DNA of 63,774 nt, filler included, from Phoronis australis (GCA_002633005.1; 10 parts of 10 records of this genome joined end to end with filler, not necessarily neighbours in it); one strand, 5' to 3'. Shown: positions 26,635-40,177, counted from the first letter of the whole stretch. Notes: a model not told the origin generated them from the sequence alone. Translations and numbers: made by a program.

Positions 26635-27266
26635 NNNNNNNNNNNNNNNNNNNNNNNNNNNNNNNNNNNNNNNNNNNNTTAATTAATTAANNNNNNNNNN
26701 NNNNNNNNNNNNNNNNNNNNNNNNNNNNNNNNNNATCTAGCTCATTTTTTTAGTGTAATTCTCTTGGCTCCCCTGACCACACCCACCAGAGCGAACCTGC
26801 CAGACGGCCACTTCCAAGCATCAGGATACCCATAGAGCACTGTGGCACCAAAGAAAATTGGTTACCTTTTCATGCCCAAAAAAGCTCTGGGATCCCGGTC
26901 TATATTGTTATGGCGTCTGAAACTAAGTAAGTAAGTTAATGGGCGTGGCCTGAAGCAATGACAACCTGTCAGTTTTTCTTGCTTGAATGTTATTTCTAGT
27001 ATGAGCAACGAAATGAGATTGATTTTACACCACTTAGTCGACCAAATTAAAAATTCCTACAGACGGCGTGGTTGCTTTTTTAACGTGTTTCCACCATCAG
27101 ACACCAAACAACAAGTATACAAGGTGTACGCTCCGTATACGCAATACACTCTTCAGTGAAAGGTATTACAATCACGTGTTTCCCATGTAATGTATGGCGA
27201 TATCTCGAGAAGGCAAGACACACTTAATGGTCTGAACCCTGGTGTTGGAAATTTACAAATTGTAGT

Positions 27267-27421
27267 CATGGGCGGCGCACCATAGGGGGCTCGGAGGGGG
27301 TGGGAAGCTATAGCCCCCACAGTTCTCAGTGCTGCGGCGCCTATGGTCTATAGGCGGTGCATCACAGGGGGGGGGGCTGAGGGACTTTAGCCCCCACTTT
27401 TTCAGTGGTGTGGCACCAATG
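27267..27421. mobile_element. Mini-MITE family C, head-to-tail dimer
   Basis: CATGGGCGGCGCACCATAGGGGGCT...GCGGCGCCTATG followed by a degenerate second unit; homologous to 42827-42905. Confidence 0.65.
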
Positions 27422-28239
27422 TTAGTGGAGTGATGCCTAAGTCAGATTTAATTTTATTCGTGGGTACGTATTACAACATCGCTGGTGTAAACACGTTTTG
27501 TATGGCTATGTTTAACACCATATAAATGTCCCATAGCTTCGCGTTAGATAATTTATGCCGGATTTAAGTTGAGTGAGTACCTGTTCCGACTACACTCGCT
27601 GGCCACATGACAACTCAGCCATGTGAAACCGCGGTTTACTATTACAATACAACAGAAGTTTGATTTAGACCACTCGTTATGAAGTTGGTCTGGTAGTCAA
27701 GTGTGTAAAGTGAATTCATGGCTCCGCAAGTTCATTATCACTGCTTGAGATCACCGCGCCATCTGGCTCTTGGGTATAAGGGACACACACTCGCACGCGC
27801 ACATCCTCTTGGCGGGTGTTTAGGTGGCCGCTCAGCAATGGAGACCCGTCCTTTCACCAAAATCTATGGTCAAATTTCAATTCGACAAGGAAAAGAAATC
27901 GCCACAGCATACAATGGCACACCACGCTCGGTGAGATACATCTCAAACGGATCACACGGTCGGTGCTGCATGAACCTTGACGGGGGTGCAGTATAGAACA
28001 TGAAGTGGTGGGGTTGTCCCCTCGATCGATTGGCGAAGTTTATAGTGACAAGACAGATCCGGGTTTTAGTATTTCGTGACAGTATACCGGCTCATAGCTG
28101 TGACACTTGGATCGGGGTCCGGACTAGGCTGAGAAAGGTTTATTTCTCAAAGTCCACTAAAATTTCTGATTCCGGCTGGACGCATTTTAAGTGTGAAATT
28201 TGACCGAACTCGCTCGCCCGTTCATCTTTTTTTTGTCCA

Positions 28240-28466
28240 CGTGACGGTCACACGATCAACTTGAAACCTCTTTCCCGAGAGTCTCAGTTTTGAGATACCT
28301 GATATGAATCTTCCTTTTGCTAATCACCAGTCTCAGTCACGCCCGCCGGATGCAAACGTGACGGTCACACGATCAACTTGAAACCTTCCCGAGAGTCTCG
28401 GTTTTGAGATACCTGATACGAATCTTCCTTTATCGCCAGTCTCAGTCACGTCAGCCGGATGCAAAC
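28240..28466. repeat. Tandem duplication of ~115 bp
   Basis: CGTGACGGTCACACGATCAACTTGAAACCT...GCCGGATGCAAA occurs twice. Confidence 0.9.
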
Positions 28467-28616
28467 TTCAATTATCCACCACAGCGCGTGAATGAATACA
28501 TTCACATAGACAAAATTTGGTATGCTGTCAACAAATAAACGGCGGCAGGCAGCATATTGGCCCAATGAGATCGCTCATGGTGGCCAATTTTTGTCGTTGC
28601 CAATCCGATGACTGTG

Positions 28617-28741
28617 CAGTGGCGGGTTTAGAGGGGGCCAAGGGGGCTATGCCCCCCTAAAATTCTCCCAGATTCCATTTGTCAACCCTGGCTTATACTC
28701 TGCCCTAGCCCACCTAACTCAAAATCCTGGATCGGCCCCTC
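28617..28741 (+). mobile_element. hAT-like MITE family B
   Basis: CAGTGGCGGGTTTAG...AAAATCCTGGATCGGCCCCT; imperfect TIRs; relatives at 26583, 30461, 47770, 63717. Confidence 0.7.
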
Positions 28742-30460
28742 CATTTAATTCGAGTTTGTGAAAAGCATGATTGGGTCCACTACTAATATAAATTTCATGG
28801 TGCAGACCCGTAAGAAGGTAAATATCATATCCCACCACCTTCCCCATTCTCCCGATGATGCAAATTTTGTATCGACCGACCACCCCCCTTGTACGATCTA
28901 TGTGGGGGTGAATCCGGGGGAGGCAGACTGTAAAACTTTTCGAAATTCATTGGTGTTTTTACTGTTTTTCAGATAGGCAAATGTCGTTAAGTGAAAATTG
29001 TTATTTGGGGAACGGGTGATTTTCTTTACTTCAGTCTGCAACTAAAGTCACTGAAGCATAACCACTTCTTCCCAGCTTAGCTCTTAATCGTCAATTTTAC
29101 GTTTCTTAAAATTGTCGTCTGGATTTTAAAAGTCCAACGAATAAACATGCTCTGCAGAAGTTGCGCTTTGAAAATTTATGTGAGTGATAAAATCACGTTT
29201 TCAAGATGATCTATGCTGCAAAAATGAGGTCGATGTCCTGGCCAGAGCCCTTAAATGGTAAACCAAGCACTGGTGGTTGACAACGTTTTTCTTGAATTTT
29301 CTCTCTTTTTCATGTTTCGCTGTGATTCTTCTCTCAACTGCCCTCGGCCCCAGTTCATCCCCGAAACCCGCAACTGATCGAGGACAGTATACCCGGCCTC
29401 TCACTTCTTGCAGCCATGAATTGGCACAATGCATTTAAACTTCCAGTTTATTGTTACTGGAACCGAGTTTGGTGAACGACACAGTTAAATTCAAATCAAA
29501 CCGATTTTTTCTACATCTAAACGCTGTGTAGATCGGTGACTTACGATCTCTAAAGCCATGCGTTCTAGTCACTTATCCAGTTGTAATGGTGGAAAAAATC
29601 ATCGGTGTTCCTAACAAAACCATGGTTGTAAGACTAAGACCGACTATTTTTGGAAAAAGATTAGTTTGTAAATTAAAAATAGTTCAAAACCTCGTGAGAA
29701 CTCATAAAATCTTGTCTACGTTTGAGCAGAGACCGTCATTAGATTCATTGATTTTTTACGTCTTTCAACATAGAATGATTCCACCAATCAACAAGCATCT
29801 ATTTAGTGATGCCGAGCAGCGAGCATATTTTTCTGTTGTTATGCAGCAGTCCTTTCAACGGTCATATTGATTGATTACTGTATTGATTGATTACTGTACG
29901 AAATGACATTTCATCAAGTCTCGGACTCCAACGGTTGTCTTTCATATTTCTGAATTATCGCATACTTAAAATGTTACAAAGACTCTGACATTTCTATTTA
30001 CACTGCACTCATAGTCTGAAAATGTAATTATTGAATGTAAACTAATGTGTTCATAATATTCAATTAAACTGCGTATCGGTAACGAAAACCGTTTGAACTA
30101 ATTAATCCATTCGGGAACATGCAGGAATTGAACCTGTGTTCGATTTTTTGTTTCCCTACAACAATACATTTTTGATTCAAGATGCGAAAAATACGCTTAA
30201 TCTAAACAATTAAGCGATCTATAAACTGATCTGGTACATTATATGGATCACCTGTACAGCACGTGTTCTCGAGAGCTTCAGCTTTTAAGAACTAACTTAA
30301 CTTTCACATTCTATGAACAGGGGAAGCACAAAAGCGAAGCTTTTTGTCAGTGAGTCACATGACTCCCGCGTTGACAGATTCACCAATCTTAATTGCCTTT
30401 GATAAACAGAGATGAAACCATTTTCTCTCTAACTGATATTTTTATGATGTCGAAAATGTT

Positions 30461-30611
30461 CAGTGGGAAAGTAGAGGAGGTCAAAGGGGACAAGCCCCCT
30501 AAATTATTCCAGATTCCATTTGGCCAGGGAACGTGCGAATGTCTAATGGGCGAAATCCCGGGCTACTGACCTGCCACTGCCCCCCACCTCAAAATCCTGG
30601 ATCCGCCCTTG
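30461..30611 (+). mobile_element. hAT-like MITE family B, diverged copy
   Basis: Shares CCCCCTAAA...CCAGATTCCATTTG and AAAATCCTGGATCCGCCC with the 28617 copy. Confidence 0.65.
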
Positions 30612-31954
30612 CTGTGGACGCGTAAAAGTTGTTGTTTCGGTTGATTTCGAGGATATGGGCGGTATTCACATAACAGTTCATGAGAATTTCGCAGTTTCGT
30701 ACTTGTTACACACTATGCCGTCGAGTCCGGCGGGGAGGCGGTGACATATTATATTTCCACGCCAACAAAGGGGCAATCATGTGGACTGAAATAGTAGCTT
30801 GCGCTCTCTATTGGTTCAAATATCAAAACTTGCTGGTTCTATAAATTAGGGACCAGAACAAAGTCTAAACAGCAAATAAATCAATGTTTTTTTGTAACAT
30901 TTAACACAAATATATGCATTTATGAGCTATAGTTCAACATATAAGCAATTTTCGTAAACTTGGATTAAATATAATCATAAAAAATGTGAAAATGTTTCAT
31001 ATAGTGTCATTGTAATGTAAAATAATAATTATTCTTAACCTGTCAAGTCTTGGTGAGCCGACACCGTATTGTAAAAATTTGTGCGAAATATTCGAAGCAT
31101 GCCTTCAGCCGATTTCGAGTAAGTTCCTTTTTAATAGTAACAAATGTTGGAGCCATTAGTGTTGCTTATAGCCCATCACAACGTATTGTTAAATTACCTA
31201 TACATAGTGTCTCTGTTATTGGCATTTGTGATTTGCCTTCACGACCATTCTTTCAGCAGCTGATCATTTCGACAGAGTTATAGCCATCGCCCCGAATGCA
31301 GCAGGCATACAGGGGCGGTATTACATCTCCACAAAAAGTTAATCATTTCAAAATACAACAAGTATAATCAGAGGAAACATGCATATATCCTCATGGGGTT
31401 ATAATTTACACATCATGACTCTCAACACAACTTAGTCGACATGACATATCCATGAATTGATGAAAGTCTGTCACAGTTCTCTCACACCGGGTGCCATTAC
31501 GAGGAAATTATGTGAAATTGTGCCTGTTGGCGAACAAATATCCAAGGGTGACAAATGTTACAAATTTCACCTGATAGTTTCACATGCTATTTGCAAGTGT
31601 CACGCGTCAGTGACTCGCTCAGTCTCGCGCGGCTAGCCTTTACCTAACTCAATTGAAATACTTTGTGGTTGCCGTGTGCATGGTGAAAAATTTAATGGTG
31701 ACCAAAAATTGGAGTTGGAATTCTTCGCCAAATTCACCTAAGTTAACTCTTGTAAGTATGCTTAATCAAAGATATACTTAGAAGCAGAAAGGATCACTGA
31801 AGAAAGTAAGCGCTTTTGAAACGATAGTGTAGAATGTGTTTTTGACGAGGTGAAAACTCTTAATCAGTGAGCACGTATTGCTTACCACCCGTTTAAAATA
31901 AAGGGAACGAAATTAGTACAGAAAGCAGTGGGATGTACTGTAGCCCCTAAACAG

Positions 31955-32135
31955 CCAACCGAGGGGCTACGTGTTGCCTACCAACTGAGGGGCTATGTGT
32001 TGCCTACCAACTGAGGGGCTACGTGTTGCCTACCAACCGAGGGACTACGTGTTGCCTACCAACCGAGGGGCTCTGTATTGCCTACCAACTGAGGGGCTAC
32101 GTGTTGCCTACCAACCAAGGGACTGCGTGTTGCCT
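31955..32135. repeat. 26-bp minisatellite, ~7 copies (CCAACCGAGGGGCTACGTGTTGCCTA)
   Basis: Direct tandem units visible. Confidence 0.92.
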
Positions 32136-32484
32136 TATAAACTTGCTTTAAATCATATCAATGGCGTCAAGCTCGAATTTCACCAAATGTATACCTTTCA
32201 ATAAAAACTTAGAAATTTTCCCCAAATGGAATTTTTCCAAATTCTTATTCCTTCTTGGGTAAATTCGTCTTATTTTAGAAATTCTTCCGACTTGAGAACT
32301 TGTTACTGTTAGTTACTGCCAGCTAAAATTTGAATCGTGTATTCGTTTCAGAAACAAGCCCAAGAATTGTGAGGTATTAGTCAAGTTTTAAGAATGCTCA
32401 TCAGAACATACCTCCATGTTTGCATGTGATAGCCGTGTAACGCTTTCGAACTCATAAATGTCATAGGCTTCTGTCTGTTTGTAG

Positions 32485-32637
32485 GTATTTGACTTCTTCA
32501 AGGAGAAGATTGACCGCCAGTATCCTGACATTAAAGCGAGTGACATTGACCCGTATATTTATGTGCGGCAGAGCCACGAAGGTTTCATGAAGGCAAAGTG
32601 TGAATGTATCTATGGACGGTCAGACATACTCGAGTCT
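32485..32637 (+). CDS. TEP1/NWD-like NACHT ATPase, exon a
   Basis: tttgtag|...|gtgagt; VFDFFKEKIDRQYPDIKASDIDPYIYVRQSHEGFMKAKCECIYGRSDILES (the HxxF...GR motif preceding NACHT domains); phase 0-0. Confidence 0.88.
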
Positions 32638-33263
32638 GTGAGTTGGTTTCAAATTAATGTATAACAAATTGAGACGAATTTGTTTGTCATACTGTTGCTA
32701 TAACTGACTGTAATTTCTTTTGTCCATCTCGGTGTATTCTTTCTTTTGCTATATTGTGCTGTGTCCATCTGACAAATTTTTGATTTAAAGTCTTATTTTA
32801 CCAAACGCCTTATTTCATTCCTGATACAACATTTGATCTAAACTGTCACTGTTATGTCATAAGCAATTTTCTTACCTCTTTGTTATCAAACAAATTATAG
32901 CTATAAATATTCATAGTATCTTTTGTTGCTTGCATTTTTGTTGTGGTTTTGCTTGTATTAGTTGCATTTCTTTTGCTACATTTGCTGGATTTTGGACCAA
33001 CAATAAGCCTAGACTCGACTGAAAATTTGACCAATCGCTTTGTGGATATTGAAAAAAATACTCAAAGCATGGCATGTGATTGTTCAGTATTTGAGTGGAG
33101 TTACAAGTTCACAGCTTGCTGGTCACATGCCCTGGTCTAATTTACTGTCATTGTAGTTATTATCATGGCGTATCGATACTGTTATTTTTGATTTTAATGG
33201 TAACCATTAATTTCAATTGGAGTTGTTTCTAATCAGTATCACAAAACTATTATTATCCTTCAG

Positions 33264-33400
33264 ATCTCAGAATATGTGGAAGGTATTGGCAATGACAAGC
33301 CCTTGATGATAATAGCCGGCCCAGGCTCAGGAAAGACCAGTGTAATGTGTAAGGCAGCGGACGACACCGAGGCTAAAACACGCGCTGGTGGCATATCTGG
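33264..33400 (+). CDS. TEP1/NWD-like NACHT ATPase, exon b (Walker A)
   Basis: cttcag|...|gtgagt; ISEYVEGIGNDKPLMIIAGPGSGKTSVMCKAA...; phase 0-2. Confidence 0.92.
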
Positions 33401-34188
33401 GTGAGTCGACTTGCGTGCTTATTGTGAGGTACATCACTCGGCACTGCCCGTCTGTTGGTGAAGTTAGACTTAGTATGCGTACCACATGATGCTGTTTTGG
33501 CACCGTGATTTAAAAGGTTAACTTAGAACAGGAATTTTAAATTTTTGACAAATTTTGTTGATGAAGTTGCAGCTGAAGTCTATAGGGTTACTAAATCTTA
33601 ATCATTTGAAAATCAACTGGAAATATTTTACTTAAAATTCCGCCGTCTTGGTGTTACTTAAGATTGAAATAAAAATGGCGAATGCATTATAAAAGGTGAC
33701 CTGCCAAATTAACATATTGGCGCTTATTTCATTATAGAACATAATGTTGAATGCATAACATTGTTTACGATTATTAATTTTTAATGATACTTGCGAGCTC
33801 TCTATCTTTGATAGTCATTCGCAGAGCAACAATAAAGCAGACGGCCAAGAGACATCAGAACACTTATGATTGAAATGACGGCTATATTTCGAGGCTGTCT
33901 TTGTCTCATCATTACGTAAAAATATCCCACAGAGTTACAAGAATATATTCGACGAAGGGTCGTGACCCACTCAGACACAAACCTATAGCATTCATTGCTG
34001 AATTACACACATACTAGGAAAACATGGTCAGCATGTGGCTTCCTCCATGTTCTGCTCATTTAACACGGGCTTGTAACTCAGTGTGTTCAATTGATGGCAT
34101 ATTTGCTTTGTTATTCTCTGTGGGGTGCTCCGTCACTGCACTGGGGCTGCATGACGTTATACGTGACACACAATTCCATTTTTTACAG

Positions 34189-34300
34189 TGGTGGACCTGA
34201 AGGCTGGTCTGTGTTCTACCACTATGTCGGAGCTGTCCCCGGCTCTGTGGAGGTGGAGCCTATGTTGAAACGTCTGCTGAAGGAGCTCAACGTCTGCACT
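34189..34300 (+). CDS. TEP1/NWD-like NACHT ATPase, exon c
   Basis: tttacag|...|gtaagt; GGPEGWSVFYHYVGAVPGSVEVEPMLKRLLKEL (typical FYHFVGA.PGS motif); phase 2-0. Confidence 0.9.
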
Positions 34301-34955
34301 GTAAGTGAACTGCACAACACATCCCCCCATTTCGTGCATGCTTACCCCCTCTGTTGGCCCTTTAAGGTAATCATTACTAAATGTCAGTTTCGTGGAGAGT
34401 GTTTGCCAAAAATGCATTTTTCATTTTTCATGGGCGTCTAACATTTTGATAGCCTACAGTTTGGTGGTGGCTGTTAAAGAAAACTTGAACGTGAAATGTT
34501 ATTTAATTTTGTACTACGTACATTTCATGGAAAAATGTCAACAGAAAAGTTCGCTAGTACACCAGTCATTGCATTGCATTATTTACCTTATTTCTTGTGA
34601 TAATTAAAACTCAATTTCACCCTGTTTAGCTAGTAATTATATTACTAGGGCATTTTACACTGATATAATTGGTCTCGTAAATATTCCTCGCCGTATTTAT
34701 TTCAATCTGTAACCAATTCAAGTCACAGGCAGTGTGAATTTCACAGTTTTAGGATCGGCCAATCCAATAAAATCTGGATCCTTTTCTTGAGCTTCTGATG
34801 GTTTCAATGTTCCGTTTGGTGTTAAAAATGAAATCGTATCAGAGCAAGGACTATCATGACGCCATCTTTATGAGAGTAATGGCATACATTGATTTTCGTT
34901 TTTTAGCCAGTTAATCGTAATGAAATGCAGCTGTAAGTAATATTTGCAATTTCAG

Positions 34956-35063
34956 GATGACACCATGCCAACTGATCTCGTGGCAACAAAACAACTTGTC
35001 TTCAGCATTCTGTCGAGTACCAATTCCAAACCAATAATCCTTTTCATTGATGCTCTGAATCAG
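34956..35063 (+). CDS. TEP1/NWD-like NACHT ATPase, exon d (Walker B)
   Basis: tttcag|...|gtaaat; ...KPIILFIDALNQ; phase 0-0. Confidence 0.9.
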
Positions 35064-35564
35064 GTAAATGAGTTGTTATATCACCGTGCGTGTAGATTCA
35101 AGGCTCTGAATCTGGTAAACTATAGTAACTTGTTGGTAAATGAAATGATCATGTTCATTGATGCATAAACGTGGAAGTGATGTTGTTCAAACTACATGTC
35201 ATTGATCACGTGAATCTTACTAAAAAGGGCTCTGAATCTGGTGAATGATCAAATGGTATCGTCTAGCTGTTGACCATTTCATGCTCTTAAGAAGGCATCC
35301 AAGAGTTATGTCCCATGCCTTTGCTATGTGGTTATAGTGCTGTAGTCAAATAATATTCATCATGGTAGTCATCAACAGAGTCACCATTGGTTTTGTCTTT
35401 TTTCTGTTTCATAACACGATTTTTCGGTGATGTTTTTGTCATTCATCGTCGTTAACATGGCTTTATTATTGAATTAAATGCTGTTTACGAATTCCTCATC
35501 TTTGACATGGCGTAACTATTGATTCAGAATTAAATGCTGTTTATGAAATCTGTTATTTAATTAG

Positions 35565-35732
35565 CTTAACGACGATACTGAGGTGACGACCTGGATACCT
35601 CAGAAACTGGGTCCTCAGATCCGATTGGTCGTCTCAATGATTAATGACACACCCCCACACGTTCACCTAACCAGTCGGGAGGCTAAGCCTACGGTATTGC
35701 ACGTAAAGCCACTGGATCTGAAGTCCAGGAAG
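35565..35732 (+). CDS. TEP1/NWD-like NACHT ATPase, exon e
   Basis: attag|...|gtagat; LNDDTEVTTWIPQKLGPQIRLVVSM...VKPLDLKSRK (W.P..L...R.VVS motif); phase 0-0. Confidence 0.88.
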
Positions 35733-37355
35733 GTAGATATTTTTGTTGATATTAATGCAACCAAATAATTGCCTGCATATGTGTGCATATTGCTGTCTTC
35801 TCTACCCAGGCATCTGTTGTCCACAGCTGTATCTTCTAAATCTCTTGGAGGATCTATGAAATTTAACAAATGTATCATGCTATGAACATTCCCACTAAAT
35901 AAAATTGGTTCTAACCCCGGTGTTTAAGGTAAAGGGCGGGGTATGGAAAATTGAACTAGACCGTATTTATCCACCTTGGCCGAGACGCGCTCGGCTCATG
36001 CTCAAAGGGATGCCGCCAAGCTGCTCTATTCATCGAGTTACGAGCGAGGATAATTGACTTCGCTCATGCGGATATGATCAGCTGATTATAGTCTAGCCTA
36101 ACAACTGTACTTTTTATTTAGAGAATTTTACGTAGTTTTTACTGTAATATTTGAAAAGAGGAGCGAAAACAAATACGAATACAACTTTGAATTTTTCAAA
36201 TCGGCCCAGGATAAGAGATTTTGCAACACAGAAACACTCACGATTACTTTCATTCGGCGCGCACGAATACAAAAANNNNNNNNNNNNNNNNNNNNNNNNN
36301 NNNNNNNNNNNNNNNNNNNTTAATTAATTAANNNNNNNNNNNNNNNNNNNNNNNNNNNNNNNNNNNNNNNNNNNNATGAATCTATCGATTTTCGTATATA
36401 CATAAAAAAGTAAATAAGAAACCAACGAATTTATTTATCAAAATGAAATGTTAAGCAATTTCCGGGGGGAATATGGGAGATGCCGGGGGAATTCGTTTTG
36501 AGGTGAATTTTTGCTCATTTCAGAGGTATTTAAAACGGTTCACAAGGTAAACTTGAACTCCACTGACAAAAAACGCTGAAATCTAAGTTTGTTAAATAAT
36601 GATTGCGAGAGTTCTTTGAGTATCCCCTTTCGACATGTACACGGTCATCACAAATATTAGCCGAGGCAGCAGCGTTTTCCACATGTGGGAATTCCTTACA
36701 AAAAACTCATAGTAACCTTCTTCAAAAGAGATACTATCAGTCTTGTGATACTTGGGGAAATAGTAGGCCTAACATTATTTTATAACCAACCGTCGGAAAT
36801 AGTCCTTTTGTGTAATTCGCAAATAGTGGTCTTCACGTTCTTCAAAATTACACCCTTTCGATTGCGGCAATCCTACTGTATTTTTTCACATTTTTGGTTG
36901 TTTGGGTCGAATGGCTGTGCTGTGCATGAATGTTTTGTGTTTTTTGGTGAATTTGGAATCTCACTTTCTATCGTGAACACTATTACTTGGCAGTGTCGGA
37001 TTTACATAATATATAGAGAGACAAAGGGACATTTCCCTCAAACTGCTCCTCCGAGAGAGGATACCTTCTGAAATGGGAAATCTTAAGGGAGAGACCTTCA
37101 GCGTGAAAGCCGGTTGCACGATTACACAAAAAACAGGAAAATAGAGGTAATCTATACCAACATTGGGCCCTCTCTCAGTGAGCGGCCACTTAAGAATTTG
37201 TCAATAAAAACACAAAAAGGGTGGCCACTTGAATGTCATCAATGGCCTCCTTCAAGGGCGGAGCCTCTAAATATGAAAATATCTGTATTTTCAAATATCA
37301 AGAAATGCGCAGCAATTGAAGTTATCAGTCAAGCTATCAATTTTTCTCAAGTAGT

Positions 37356-37599
37356 CGTGCGCGCATCCGGCCTTTAATATGGGGGGCTCGAATTTCTGGC
37401 GATGTGGACCTTTTGCTAACAAAAAAGCGGTGGGACTAAAAAAAATGGGGTACCACCTTCACTGTGCGTCTGTGCCTTTTCAGTGTACTATTGTCTTGTT
37501 TTCTCGGACTACTTGTTTCTCTGAGGCGGACCTTTTTGCCCACTTTGCCAAATGGGGGGCTCATGCAAGCCCCCCGAGCCCCCCCTGGGTGCACGCATG
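37356..37599 (-). mobile_element. MITE family A, copy 3 (inverted)
   Basis: Reverse-complement homology to 21674-21905; degenerate TIRs; TAGT on both flanks. Confidence 0.8.
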
Positions 37600-38990
37600 T
37601 AGTATGCAGTTTGGAGAAAATAATAAGCGAAAGTTGTCCCAGTTATCCCTTGCTTGAGAGGGGCATCTAGAAAAACATAGTTTTGCATTCGCAAAATTGA
37701 CTTATTGAATTTAATAATCCAGTAAATTAGTACGCTCCGCAAAAGCTTCGCTTTAAAAATTTTCTTGATTTTTCGAAATATATGAATGAGATTGATTTCG
37801 TGCTCGTATTCAAGTGTGTTTAGACGACCTGTACTGCAAAAGCGGAGACCCTAAATACAATGTCGTGGCCAGGGTCCTAAAAGGTAAACCATGCACCCCC
37901 CCCTCCTACGGCCCTGCCTGACACCTAACGGCAGACGGAGGTGTTGAAATTAACCAATGACGTAATTGGTTCGAACGCAGTCTGTTCAGCCGTTCACAAC
38001 ACGCTTACTGGTGTCAACTTCTCGCTTGAATTCATCGTTTTACACCAATAAATCGTCAAAATTTGATGTAAACCTCTTACAAAGACATCGAGTTCTTGAA
38101 CAAACGTGTTGTTTTATTATATTTCCACACTCCTGTGACCTTTCTCCCAATCCAATTCCCCTGGGTGTGAGGGCAGCAACATTGGGAAGCTGAAGAATTT
38201 CAAAGATAGTCTCCTCCAGCGTGGGCGAGTAGGTTTACACATTCTTCTAGTGGAAGCCAATGGATGCTTTCCGATCCCAAGGGAATGACTCGGTCACTTC
38301 TTTAACAAACTTAAAGTGGATAGAATTATTGTAAACTGTGACTTCCATCAATAAACATACTGGCTTTTGGAATGGACGTGGCAGTACCAAACCCAGGTTA
38401 ACCGCACCAGGAATTGACCTCATAGTGTCCGACTGGCCTGGCCTGAAATGGGTCGTAGTATTGGGTATATGAATTGGTGATTATAACCCACACATTGCCT
38501 AAACTCACACAACTATAAGGGTACAATTATTACAAAAAATAACAATAAATGCACACAAAAAAAACTGAAGAAGAATAAGAAACCCAGTTAAACCACATAA
38601 AAATCCAAAAATCAATTGGCCACCATACTGTCCATGTGTGTTAGACAAAAGCCTAAACTGATTTGGGCATTGTTACTCTGGAAGCTATTTTTGTTTCTGC
38701 AACTTCGATTTACTTTTAAATGCCATAATTTCTGGTTCAAGGGTCTTAACATCATTTACTGGTTCTCATAGTTTCAGTAGTGGCCTGTAAAATTCACTAT
38801 TAGTCGGCATTGAGGAGAAGATCAAGGAAGGGTTATGTAATATCCAGTTCCTAGTTCTGCTGAACCACGTTACAGCCTCCAGGGAATTTCTAATACATTT
38901 TTTGAAACCGAAATTTAATTTGCAAACCTAAGTGATGACTTGTCTACAGTGCGTTGGAATGGACGAGTAAAAGTGTGTTAACATCATAAA

Positions 38991-39216
38991 CCAGAGACCT
39001 CTTCCAAGAAAACTGACTTGGCTAAGACAAATCTTAAATTTTAGTCAATTTTAAGATGTATCTTAAATTTGTCTCAAGTCCGTTTCAAGAAAGAGAGTTC
39101 ATATTAAGTTTTTGACTTAAGTTTTGTGAATTTTGACTAACTGATGTGGAAGTTTTAAAGTTTGATAGTTGGGACAAATCTTAGACTTAAGTCACTTTCT
39201 TGGAAGTGGCCCCTGG
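38991..39216. mobile_element. PIF/Harbinger-like MITE
   Basis: CCAGAGACCTCTTCCAAGAAA ... TTTCTTGGAAGTGGCCCCTGG inverted ends; interior built from CTTAA/GACTTAAG motifs. Confidence 0.6.
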
Positions 39217-39382
39217 CTAAAACTTTGTAAGGTTTGTAACGTAGTATGACTCGGTGCCGGTGGTTGGAAGGTTGTATATCTCCCTGTTCTTATCTCTTTA
39301 GGTTTCTAGACAACCACTTCTCATCCGCACAGTCCTCGTATTATTGTTGAGTGAAGCATTGTGCTTCAGAGCATTCTCAACC

Positions 39383-39638
39383 ATGTCGAAAAAGGCTCCT
39401 CAGTCGTCATTCTGCAACAGCTTGTTGAACTCCGAACTTATCAGTAGTCTCTCCCGACCAACAATGGAACCATACAGTTCACCGAGTTTTTCAACTATGC
39501 GATCTGACAATCGGCCTGGGCATCACCATCCTTCTACTGCAAATCCTATCATTTCACCACCAAGTTTACAGTCTACTCCCGCTATCATGCCTTCGTTATG
39601 TTCTCCAGTCACTAAGGCTCTCGATTCTACCTTGAATG
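39383..39638 (+). CDS. Ser/Thr/Pro-rich uncharacterised protein, first coding exon
   Basis: Acceptor ctctttag at 39301, ACC-ATG start MSKKAPQSS, donor AATG|gtaggt in phase 1 matching the next exon. Confidence 0.6.
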
Positions 39639-40177
39639 GTAGGTCTCTGCTAACTACTCATTTCAAAGGGGTCAAGGTCGGTCACAGTGCTTCGTTGCAA
39701 AGTAAGTTCCTATATCAAAATACAAAGGTTCTCTTTAGATTTTGGTCAGAAACACCATCAGCAATAATTGCAGTTCCGAGCAAGAAGTTATTGATGAATT
39801 GAGGACCTGCAATTCTTTTTAAAGAAAGTTTGAATATTTATAAAAGCTTGAAACTGAAATGCAATCAGATCCATAGATAATATGTACAGTATATGGGCTT
39901 TCAAAAAGCATAATGTCTAATTCTTAATGGCCCCAAGTTTCCCTCTCTTGTCTTGTCCTAAAAATGTGTTGCTTTCCTGTGAAAATTGTGCTGTCAGTCA
40001 AAAAGTTTTCAATCACTTGGATTGTGGACATCAATATGCACCAGTGCAGAATGGCCTTTCAAAGTAAATTAGTCGGTTAACATCATTCCAGTTTAGAATC
40101 AGCATATGTGTTCAATAATCAGACCTTTAAACCTAGACAAATTTTCATTCTGTGGATTTGTGCCGCTTTAATTGCAG

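Noticed and set aside
31955-32135. CRISPR-like repeat
   Set aside because: Tandem 26-mers without spacers in eukaryotic DNA.
33880-33915. Second hammerhead on the minus strand (ATGATGA...GAAA)
   Set aside because: Core C3 is missing and stem II and the cleavage site do not form; at best a dead relic.
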